Virus record (IMG/VR): IMGVR_UViG_3300034052_000013
Span: 18,144-82,143 of that record
Length of the DNA stretch: 64,000 bases
Strand: one strand, 5' to 3'
Source: a virus
Lineage: Duplodnaviria > Caudoviricetes
Below, piece after piece: positions 54,119-62,059 of this stretch (positions within the stretch are counted from its first letter, which is position 1; every line of letters begins with the position of its first letter). A program made the position numbers and the translations under genes. The notes under the pieces are model-generated. The model was not told the origin of the DNA. It made no database searches and saw only the letters and a program-made list of their open reading frames with translations.

Positions 54119-56914
54119 TTAAATTACCCAACTTTTTTTCTTTTCAGAAAAAATTGAAGAGCGTTTTGGTTTTGAAATTGGTTTTGAAATTGGTTTTGGA
54201 GTCCCATACACTGCTTCCTGTACAGTACAAGGGTAAGCTTTTGTTATAGGACAAGGTGCCCCATTGGCATTATACAAACAAGACTCATCATAATTTGCAA
54301 GCCTAAAGTTTGTATAATTCGTACCTGTTACACCATCACTAAAACCACATTTTTTACCATTGTTATTTGTTACAAACCCTCCTTTTGAAGGGTCTCCGTG
54401 TAAAGTTCTATACACATAGTCTTTTAAAATAGTTTGCCCTCCTCGAGTACAAACAAGATAATCTCCACCCCTTGGGTCAAGATATTCCCACCAGTTTTCT
54501 TCTTTCATATCATTAGCGAAAAGTTTGTTTATTATTTTTGAAGTTTTTTCTTTTAAAGTGGAAGTTATAAAGCCTAAATTAGAAGTTTTTGTCCCATCAT
54601 AAGGTAAATCTTCATGTAGACTACCTAAAACTATTTTACCACCCAACTTAGCTACAACAGGTTGCAAGGTGTCAAAAGTGTGTATAGGTGTTGATGAGGT
54701 TATAACTAGTTCATGAATCCCCTCTTCATCTAATTGTTCTGCCTCTACACTCCAACTATAGGGGTAACTTTCTGTATAATCTTTGTCCTCATAGAAGTAT
54801 CCATCTGCAGCACCGTTATTATGAATAAGATAAGTCTTTGAACCCCCTTTTCTATAAATAATACCTTCTACTTCATGACCGTCAATATCAGCTTCAAAAG
54901 AGTGTCCTATATACTTATTTAACTCTGTTAGAGTTGAAATAAATTCAGGGTTTTTAACTTCTTTTTCAGGAGGGGTAATTTTAAAATCTTTTGAATGCTG
55001 TTGTATCCATAAGACATGCCCTTCTTCTGTAAGAGCAATAATAGTTTTACAGCTTCCATAAGTAAAAGTTTCAAAACTTTTAATAGTACAGTTATCGCCT
55101 TTATAAAGAGTTTTCTTATGAGCTCGGTGTGTTGAAACATTAACACCATTTCCAGTGCACAAAAGTCTATCTCCTATTTTAAACTTTCCACAAGAAGTTA
55201 TAATTTCCTTTTTCTCTTCTTTAAAAGTTATTTCAGTTTTACCCCCTATTGTTAGATTAGAAATACTTAGCCCTATATTATTAGGAGATACTACCCAACC
55301 ATATGCATATCCAACTGGCATTTTTGAAGGTCTGGATCCATCGGCTGAGGGATTGTTATGCAGAAGGTAGATATCACCTTTAGGACATTGATAAACAACA
55401 CCTTCAGTAAAATTATTTGGTATATCTAGCACTGCTGTAAATGTATGTCCCACATATTTTTTAAGGTCTTCAAGAGATTCTATACACAAAGCTTCATCTT
55501 CAGATTTTTCATCAGTTAACACAGGTGCATTACTTGTTATTTTAAAGTCCTTTATAAGCTGTGCACTTAAATCACTGCCATTAACACCCCAAGAATAAGT
55601 ATACCCTTTAGGAAATTTTGAAGGTTTATCACCATTACGATTTGAATTATTATGTAATAAATAAACACCTCCATCAGGTCTTTTTAACACTATTCCTGAA
55701 ATAAAATCAGAATTTATTTTCGCTTCATAACTATACCCCATAAATTTTTCAACTTCACTTAATAAAGTTAAATAACATTCTTTAGGTGTAACAGGGGTAG
55801 GTGAAACAGGACAAGGTTTATTACATATTTCATAAGAATGCACTTCACTCCCATCTGCTTTTCTAATTTTAAGCTTGTCTAAATCAGGGGTTTTGCTATC
55901 AGTACTCCATCTATCAAAGTTTCCATTTATGGTCTTTTCCACAGAAAAACAATATTTAGTACAATTTTCAGCTAATTTATAGACATGGTGAACAGGTAAA
56001 ACATCTTTCCAAATATCATCTTTACCAGTGCAAGTACTTAATAAAACTACATATTCACCTTTTTTAGCAAGAATTTCAAGTTTTTCTTCTTTAGATTCTT
56101 CTTCTACCTCTTTCTTAGATTTTAAATCTTTAAGTGGTCTAAATCTATTCTTTTTAATACAAGCATCCATCCAATCTATTTCCTCTTGTGTAGCTTCTCT
56201 TTTAATCCAAGGATAATCACCAGGTGTTGCATTATCTCCAGCATAATTCGAGAAAGTATTGTCTCGAAGAGAAATACAAGCTTCTATAAAAGAAGTTTTT
56301 AAATCAGAGAACTTATTTAGATTTCTGTATGTATCAGTCTCCCACACTTGATATAAAGAAGTAATTTCTTTAGGTTTCACATCCTCTAATGGTATAAATT
56401 TATTTGCTTTTTCACAAGCTAAAAACCATTCTTCTTCTTCTTCTGTAGCTAGTCTATGGGAGTGAGCACCATTTTTAAAAGGGTTTCTATACACATCTTT
56501 CCTAAAATTTTGTGAGGCTTGTATTGTAAGAACATTATCTCCAATAAGCCTACCGTCACTTTCTATTTCTACAAACCTAGTTACCCATTGAAAATGGTCA
56601 ATGCCTTCAGTGTACTGTCCAAATATAATATCACCTGGTTTAAATTCAGAAGATGTTTCAACAGCAGACGTTTGTGCTAAATCATTTACAGCTTTACAAA
56701 ATGTTTTCAAATCTTCTAAAGTTTTTGCCTCAGGGAAATCTCCTCCTAAGTCGTAACCTAAAGTTTTTTCAAAGAATTTTCTTGAGGTTGTACCTCTTGC
56801 TTTTAAAAACATATCTAAATCGTAGGCAGCTTTCATAAGATAGAAATTCTTACAACTAGGGTATTTACATTTACTTACTTCATACTCCTCATCAAGTAAT
56901 TTAATTTTTTCCAT
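54119..56914 (-). CDS. 931-aa modular repeat protein of unknown function
   Basis: Three (Y/T)YL(L/I)HNN...G/S-Y-x-Y-(S/G)-W modules and four R(L/E/K)A(T/D/N)..E modules. Confidence 0.7.
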   Translation of the reverse strand: MEKIKLLDEEYEVSKCKYPSCKNFYLMKAAYDLDMFLKARGTTSRKFFEKTLGYDLGGDFPEAKTLEDLKTFCKAVNDLAQTSAVETSSEFKPGDIIFGQYTEGIDHFQWVTRFVEIESDGRLIGDNVLTIQASQNFRKDVYRNPFKNGAHSHRLATEEEEEWFLACEKANKFIPLEDVKPKEITSLYQVWETDTYRNLNKFSDLKTSFIEACISLRDNTFSNYAGDNATPGDYPWIKREATQEEIDWMDACIKKNRFRPLKDLKSKKEVEEESKEEKLEILAKKGEYVVLLSTCTGKDDIWKDVLPVHHVYKLAENCTKYCFSVEKTINGNFDRWSTDSKTPDLDKLKIRKADGSEVHSYEICNKPCPVSPTPVTPKECYLTLLSEVEKFMGYSYEAKINSDFISGIVLKRPDGGVYLLHNNSNRNGDKPSKFPKGYTYSWGVNGSDLSAQLIKDFKITSNAPVLTDEKSEDEALCIESLEDLKKYVGHTFTAVLDIPNNFTEGVVYQCPKGDIYLLHNNPSADGSRPSKMPVGYAYGWVVSPNNIGLSISNLTIGGKTEITFKEEKKEIITSCGKFKIGDRLLCTGNGVNVSTHRAHKKTLYKGDNCTIKSFETFTYGSCKTIIALTEEGHVLWIQQHSKDFKITPPEKEVKNPEFISTLTELNKYIGHSFEADIDGHEVEGIIYRKGGSKTYLIHNNGAADGYFYEDKDYTESYPYSWSVEAEQLDEEGIHELVITSSTPIHTFDTLQPVVAKLGGKIVLGSLHEDLPYDGTKTSNLGFITSTLKEKTSKIINKLFANDMKEENWWEYLDPRGGDYLVCTRGGQTILKDYVYRTLHGDPSKGGFVTNNNGKKCGFSDGVTGTNYTNFRLANYDESCLYNANGAPCPITKAYPCTVQEAVYGTPKPISKPISKPKRSSIFSEKKKSWVI

Positions 56915-57419
56915 ATTTTTTAATTTTTAGTGGTAATGGTTCTGTAAGATTAAATGTGTCTTTTACAGGAAATAGAAAGTCTATTTTCTTTTCCCATTTA
57001 GCATTCATTAAATCTCTAATAACCCATATACCTGTTAAACTTTTATTATTACATTGTATATATACAGTATCCCCTAATCTAAACTCTTTTTGTAAATCTC
57101 TAGATATAGATATGTACCGTAATTCATGATTGTTTAATTTTCCAATGTCTATAATTGTACCATCAGCTGTTTCTAAAGGTCTGTTATCACACTGTTCTGT
57201 AACAGGGTTATAATATGTGCCAATAGCAAAAGTACAAGGTTCATTTTCTAATGAATCTATTGTATACATTTGGTTAAAAATAGTTTTATGAAGAGAGTTC
57301 ATCTCTTTCTTTTGGTTTTGATACTCCTGGAGCACTAAAACATTTGCATAACAGCTTGCTAAAAAACAAGCTGTTACACAATATGTCCAAAACCTATTAT
57401 TCTCTCTCTTCTGGTTCAT
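56901..57419 (-). CDS. Membrane-anchored 3D/DPBB-domain cell-wall protein
   Basis: N-terminal hydrophobic helix, GTYYNP..EQCD.RPLETADG, ISISRDL, RDLMN...KIDFL. Confidence 0.7.
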   Translation of the reverse strand: MNQKRENNRFWTYCVTACFLASCYANVLVLQEYQNQKKEMNSLHKTIFNQMYTIDSLENEPCTFAIGTYYNPVTEQCDNRPLETADGTIIDIGKLNNHELRYISISRDLQKEFRLGDTVYIQCNNKSLTGIWVIRDLMNAKWEKKIDFLFPVKDTFNLTEPLPLKIKKYGKN

Positions 57420-57546
57420 CTTTTAAAATCAAAGGTTCAATACTTTGTGACAGTACACTTTTAACTATAAAAAGTACAATCACAGACAGTACCAATGCAA
57501 TTAATGCTATGCAAACTGCAATTAAAGCGATAATTTCTGCATTCAT
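57397..57546 (-). CDS. 49-aa single-pass membrane protein (below the ORF-track cut-off)
   Basis: MNAEIIALIAVCIALIALVLSVIVLFIVKSVLSQSIEPLILKDEPEERE, starts immediately after the 57547 stop. Confidence 0.65.
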   Translation of the reverse strand: MNAEIIALIAVCIALIALVLSVIVLFIVKSVLSQSIEPLILKDEPEERE

Positions 57547-57714
57547 TTAAATAAATTTAATGTTTATACTTACAAAAATTGTAAAAGATATAATTGCTAC
57601 AGCTGCGATAGCTAGTACAGCTATTGCAAGAACTGTTTCTACTTTATCCAATGGCTCTTCATTTTCAGGAGGAGTTGTTGATAAGTAGTTTTTCCTAAAC
57701 GCTTGCTTTTTCAT
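57547..57714 (-). CDS. Small single-pass membrane protein
   Basis: C-terminal hydrophobic VLAIAVLAIAAVAIISFTIFV. Confidence 0.55.
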   Translation of the reverse strand: MKKQAFRKNYLSTTPPENEEPLDKVETVLAIAVLAIAAVAIISFTIFVSINIKFI

Positions 57715-58021
57715 CACTTTCATTTTTAAGTTCGTCAAGTAGAGCGTTTATTTCTTCTTCAGATGTAGCTTTTCTTAACTTATCTAATAAATAATCAGAT
57801 TTTTCAGGAGTTTTTTCTACTTCTGTTGACTTCTGTTGTCCTTTTTTAAAATCTGAAAATTTCTCTAATAATTCAACAACAGTGTCTGCTGCAGCTTTGT
57901 TAATTTCTTCTATAGTAACAGAACCTGAAAGGTCTATTTTACCTTCTGTGTTTTTTACAAGATTTCTCAATAAAAGACTTTGGTATACTGTTGAAAACAG
58001 TACGATTGACATTTCATCCAT
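57695..58021 (-). CDS. Hypothetical protein
   Basis: 108 aa preceded by a (TAAAAT)4 A-rich leader. Confidence 0.6.
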   Translation of the reverse strand: MDEMSIVLFSTVYQSLLLRNLVKNTEGKIDLSGSVTIEEINKAAADTVVELLEKFSDFKKGQQKSTEVEKTPEKSDYLLDKLRKATSEEEINALLDELKNESDEKASV

Positions 58022-58074
58022 AATTTTAATTTTAATTTTAATTTTAATTTAATATTAGTTTCATTTGTTATTTG

Positions 58075-58124
58075 TGATATGTCAGGAATCGAACCTGAAA
58101 TTAAGCCTTAACCACTTACATATC
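58075..58124 (-). ncRNA. tRNA-like element lacking the anticodon arm
   Basis: GATATG/CATATC acceptor-like stem stacked on TCAGG-TTCGATT-CCTGA T-arm, D-loop-like AGTGGTTAAGGC, no anticodon stem. Confidence 0.6.
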
Positions 58125-58181
58125 TTAAGTAAACACCCGTTGTATTTTCCCCTCTTAAAGAAAGAGACTACTTTCCTTTAA

Positions 58182-58595
58182 TTAAGAACGGATATTTAAA
58201 TCTTTTAAAATTGTTGTAAACCAAACATACCGATTGACGTTGTTTGTTTTATCATAAAAAAATGTACCTTCGTTTGAAGGAGGTGCAAATTTATGTTTTT
58301 TTGAAGCTTTAAGACAAGATTTGTAACTTAATTCTGGGAATAACTTACCCTGTCTAATAGCTAAGGAAATAGACAATTCAAGATTATCTACCCAAGATTT
58401 TTTACGATGTTTTTCTGCAATAATGTTACGAACACAAATACATAAGCCTGTGTTTTTTATTTGTTCCACATTATAATCAGAAATAAAAGCTTTAAATACC
58501 CTTTTTCTCATAAATTTAAATTTGTAAGAAAAGAGAATTAATTGAATTTGTAATTTTTCTTTAAAAGAAAGTGTTTGAATTTTTAGGATTTTCAT
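58182..58595 (-). CDS. Hypothetical basic protein
   Basis: 137 aa ORF with A-rich leader. Confidence 0.55.
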   Translation of the reverse strand: MKILKIQTLSFKEKLQIQLILFSYKFKFMRKRVFKAFISDYNVEQIKNTGLCICVRNIIAEKHRKKSWVDNLELSISLAIRQGKLFPELSYKSCLKASKKHKFAPPSNEGTFFYDKTNNVNRYVWFTTILKDLNIRS

Positions 58596-58699
58596 AAGTT
58601 TAGTTATTAAGTTATTTTATATAAATTTTCAGTTTAAACCCCCATACTTCCGTAGAAGATATGAGGGCAACTAAACTAAAATTAAAACTTTAATAGTAA

Positions 58700-58799
58700 A
58701 CACCCTAAGTGGATATGGACCACTGTTTCCTTATAATTATTCAACTTCTTAGGTCTTCTCAGTTAATTATAATTTGTCTTTCCATTAGACGATAGGGTG
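58700..58799 (-). ncRNA. tRNA-Glu-related cloverleaf with enlarged anticodon arm and degenerate T-loop
   Basis: CACCCTA/TAGGGTG acceptor stem. D-arm TCGTCTAATGGAAAGACA is 17/18 identical to tRNA-Glu. TTATAATTA/TAATTATAA stem encloses about 26 nt. T-arm AGTGG-TCCATAT-CCACT. Confidence 0.65.
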
Positions 58800-58895
58800 T
58801 GTAAGAAATGGAATAGTTTGTCTAAATATTAATTAGCAATAATGTAAAACAAAAATCAACGATATGAGCAGGACTGCTCGAAAAAGGTGACAAAA

Positions 58896-59126
58896 CTATT
58901 CCATATTTTTTATGAAGAATTTCAATTCTCCGTTAAATTTTCCATTATTTTTTTCTATCCATTCATGACAGAATAGATTAGTTTTATTGTCTAACACATG
59001 AATTTCTTCACTAGTTAGATTATCATAAGCAACAAGTTTTTTAGTTTCACTATGAGTACAGAGGATACAATAACCATTTAAGTCTGTATCTTCACAAAAC
59101 TCTCCACATAATTTACATATCATCAC
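58896..59126 (-). CDS. Small zinc-finger protein
   Basis: CKLC...CILC. Confidence 0.55.
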   Translation of the reverse strand: MMICKLCGEFCEDTDLNGYCILCTHSETKKLVAYDNLTSEEIHVLDNKTNLFCHEWIEKNNGKFNGELKFFIKNME

Positions 59127-59325
59127 AACAAAGTTTATTAAGTTTAAGAAACTGATCTAAATTATTATAAGTTCGGTCACATTCTTCTTTTGTAGAATAT
59201 GTGAACCGAAACTCATTTTTATAAAGAGAATAGACGACTAACGTCCATTGGTTAGTTATTTCTTTCTCTTTTTTATATCCAGCAATATATTGCTCTGCTA
59301 TTCGTGTGCCTTGAATACTTATCAT
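59113..59325 (-). CDS. Hypothetical protein
   Basis: 70 aa, ATGA-coupled to the upstream 43-aa ORF. Confidence 0.55.
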   Translation of the reverse strand: MISIQGTRIAEQYIAGYKKEKEITNQWTLVVYSLYKNEFRFTYSTKEECDRTYNNLDQFLKLNKLCCDDM

Positions 59326-59453
59326 GGTTTACGACATTTAAGTGTTACTTGTGTGAGATGCATACATACACAGTCTGCAACTAAAGAAGCGTATTGACGT
59401 TCTTTAGCTAATCTACCTCCACTGTAGATTTTAATTGTTGATTGTTTAGCCAT
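59322..59453 (-). CDS. 43-aa hypothetical protein (below the ORF-track cut-off)
   Basis: MAKQSTIKIYSGGRLAKERQYASLVADCVCMHLTQVTLKCRKP, with TAAAATTATG leader and ATGA overlap with the next gene. Confidence 0.6.
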   Translation of the reverse strand: MAKQSTIKIYSGGRLAKERQYASLVADCVCMHLTQVTLKCRKP

Positions 59454-59486
59454 AATTTTAAGTTTTAATTGTTAATTTTAATTTTG

Positions 59487-59557
59487 TAGCTCATGCAGGA
59501 ATCGAACCTACGTTACCACCATGAAAAGGTGATGTCCTTCCATTAGACGAATGAGCC
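59487..59557 (-). tRNA. tRNA-Glu (UUC), CCA not encoded
   Basis: GGCTCAT/ATGAGCT acceptor, GTCT-AATGGA-AGGAC D-arm, TCACC-TTTTCAT-GGTGG anticodon arm (TTC), GTAGG-TTCGATT-CCTGC T-arm. Confidence 0.9.
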
Positions 59558-59559
59558 AG

Positions 59560-60700
59560 ATGTTGCTTAATAAAAAATAAAAAGCTTTGTTTATAATAGC
59601 TCACTTGTCTGGTGCACTAGGTGCCCGTGAAGTTTTACTGGTAATATCTAAGTATTACATTTGCTAAACAGGTATCAATTTAATGGCTTACCTCTTAATT
59701 GCCAACTTTTTATTAACCATGTCAAGATTTTAGCACCTTAATCTTACCCGAAGTCGTGTAAACACTAACTATTTGTGTAAGAATGAAGGTCACGATGATT
59801 AAAGACTCCTATCTGCCGAAGTATGCTTACACTTAATCATCTTGCCGAGAACTTCCATTGCAACTATATTTATAGTACTTCAGTAGTTATTTAGCTTTCT
59901 CAAGGCTAAGTTGCATTCCATATTTCTATGAACATCTATTTATACTCTCAGGATTTAGCGAGTACTATTCAATTCTACATTCAGTCACTATTCTTTTTAT
60001 AACAGATATTCGTTTCCTCATCTGTAACTGTAACATTAGAATAACCATAGTTGGTTCCTATACATTTCTGTATAAGAGTCAATTTTAAAAATTGTGATGA
60101 CAGGGTTGTTTCATACCTGTAAAAGGGGATTAGTATTATTATCTATGTAAATTACTAATATTGTTGAGCAATGTTTTCATTTCTATAATAGACCAGCTAC
60201 TTTATTGATATTATACATATTTCTCAGGTATGTTTTTACTATGTTTCACTACTTACGAATAATATTTATTTCCTGTCCTCGCCTTACTCCACGTAAGGTG
60301 TGTTTTATTCCACCACATCACAATTATTACATTTTAAAAAGAAAGATTCATAATAGACATTAAGTGTCGACTGAAGGCTAATTGTTACTAGCTAACTTTC
60401 CTATTACTTTTATAATTAATACGTCATGTATAACACTAAGTGTTAGAGGCAATAAACAACTTTATATTAATTATATATCTTTCTTTATGTTTTAAAAATA
60501 AGTTACTGTTGATAGATGAGCTTAATTTTCAAAGCACTAGGCTCTGTTGTTTTTCAACCTTTCTCATCAACCAATATTCTCTTCCCTCAATCAATTGGAT
60601 TATATCACTAAACTTTCAACATCAGTTGCAGATGTTACATGCAATCCTACTCTAGGTTACAGTCTATCAGATATTTAAGAACTTGGTTCAGTAACTTATT
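59560..60700 (-). ncRNA. Candidate large structured non-coding RNA
   Basis: No credible ORF. Many hairpins, several long-range helices and crossing pairings. G.U pairs work only on the - strand. Boundaries uncertain. Confidence 0.5.
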
Positions 60701-60703
60701 AGT

Positions 60704-61276
60704 TTATTTTAATAAAGCTTTAATATTTTCTCCACCATAAGAATTTTTAGTTAATTCTATAAATTCTAATATAGTGAAAGTGTCAGTTTCAAGATTAATG
60801 CTTTTATCTCTACAAAAAGATTCCCTACCCATTTTACAACTGCCTGTTAAGACGTTATGCCAAATGAATAAATCTGAAGCTTTGTATTTAGATTTAAAGT
60901 TAGGGAATTGTTCTTTAAATTTAGAGATACGTTCTTCTAATGGACAATTTTCATATAACTTCTCTTGTAGAGAATTAAATGCTTCTTTTAGAGTTGTCCC
61001 ATGTGAGAAATAATTATCTTGCTTTACAATATAACAAGGTGTTAGCGTTAAATCTAAATTTACGATAAAACCTTTAGCAATGTTATTTCTGAGAGATGTG
61101 ATAATAGTTTGGACTGAATCTATTAAATAAATAGGTTGGTTATTTAGGGATTTTAATCCATTTCCATCTCCATCTCCATCTCCATCTCCATATCCATTTC
61201 CATATCCATCTCCATTTCCATATCCATATCTCTGGAGGGGTTTTTCTATAGATAGAAAAACTGCTAGATTGTCCAT
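60704..61276 (-). CDS. Gly-Asp/Tyr/Asn repeat protein
   Basis: YGYGNGDGYGNGYGDGDGDGDGNG tract, then FSHGTTLKEA and WHNVLTGSCKMGR motifs. Confidence 0.7.
   Translation of the reverse strand: MDNLAVFLSIEKPLQRYGYGNGDGYGNGYGDGDGDGDGNGLKSLNNQPIYLIDSVQTIITSLRNNIAKGFIVNLDLTLTPCYIVKQDNYFSHGTTLKEAFNSLQEKLYENCPLEERISKFKEQFPNFKSKYKASDLFIWHNVLTGSCKMGRESFCRDKSINLETDTFTILEFIELTKNSYGGENIKALLK
61157..61228 (-). repeat. 12 tandem hexamers (D)ATGGA encoding (X-G)12
   Basis: + strand TCCAT[T/C/A] x12. Units differ only at one position. Confidence 0.9.
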
Positions 61277-61545
61277 ATAGGTTGGTTTTTTAAATTTTCA
61301 ACAGCTGTTTCAGTACAAACATTTATTTGACAAACGTCTAAAACTATTATTTCATCTATTTCACAAGTAATTCTATCTCCTGTAACACCTTTGTCAGCAA
61401 TGTCTTCTATTGTTCTAGCACCTGACCAACTATAAATTCTTCTTACTTTTTGTAAAGTAGCTTCATTACCAGTTCTTTCTTTTAAAATACCAAAAAATAC
61501 TCCAGCCATATTAGACCGAACTATTACATAATTTTCTTTGTTCAT
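61264..61545 (-). CDS. Small conserved phage protein (DUF6948-like)
   Basis: YVIVRSNMAGVFFG...RRIYSWSGA...IA..GV, directly upstream of the G-D repeat gene. Confidence 0.65.
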   Translation of the reverse strand: MNKENYVIVRSNMAGVFFGILKERTGNEATLQKVRRIYSWSGARTIEDIADKGVTGDRITCEIDEIIVLDVCQINVCTETAVENLKNQPIWTI

Positions 61546-61780
61546 AATTTTAAATATTTAGTTAGTTTATTTTAATAGTAAAGTATCCACGACTTTAGCT
61601 TAGGATACTGTATATAAGCATATACTGGAGATATATCTTATACAGCTACTTAGAGTTAGTCTAGAACATATCTAAGGCACTCATCTTACTTGAACTTGAG
61701 TCAGAGGTTTGATGGTACAATTTTGTACTCATCTGCAATCGAATGCCACAGCTATATCTCTATACTGATGAGTAATGTTT

Positions 61781-62059
61781 TTAGAACATAGCTTCAAGTT
61801 CTTTCAAATCTTTTATACCTGCTTCTAAAGCTGCTATTTCATTTTTAGCTTCTATAATAGCACTAGGGTTGAAAGGTTTAGCACGTAATGCAGCATTGTA
61901 TTTTCTGTTAGCTCCTAATAATGCTTGCTGTGTTGCTAATAGGTCTGCTGACAGTTGTTGCTTGCCTTGCTCTACTTGGAATTCTTGTTCCTGTTGGTCT
62001 TGTTCCTGTGAAGACTCTTGGTATAAGTCTTTCAACTTTGGTAATAATACTTTTGCCAT
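61781..62059 (-). CDS. Gln-rich coiled-coil protein
   Basis: 92 aa with A-rich leader (AATAAAACAGATG), PFNPSAIIEAKNEIAALEAG motif. Confidence 0.65.
   Translation of the reverse strand: MAKVLLPKLKDLYQESSQEQDQQEQEFQVEQGKQQLSADLLATQQALLGANRKYNAALRAKPFNPSAIIEAKNEIAALEAGIKDLKELEAMF

Noticed and set aside
58021-58055. (TTTTAA)4 tandem repeat as CRISPR or iteron array
   Set aside because: No spacers and very low complexity. It is the A-rich translation leader of the 58021 gene.
59860-60100. RNase P RNA (ACAGAAA and GAGGAAA words) or tmRNA
   Set aside because: The words are in the wrong order, the P4 pairing GAAAGUC/GGCUUA is missing, and no tmRNA termini or tag ORF were found.
60440-60655. 71-aa + strand ORF in the non-coding region
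   Set aside because: Antisense to the whole block, atypical composition, no A-rich leader, and it overlaps predicted - strand hairpins.
30622-61228. Diversity-generating retroelement (suggested by DUF1566-like motifs and the NATGGA array)
   Set aside because: No reverse transcriptase motif and no template/variable repeat pair with adenine-specific mismatches seen in the window.
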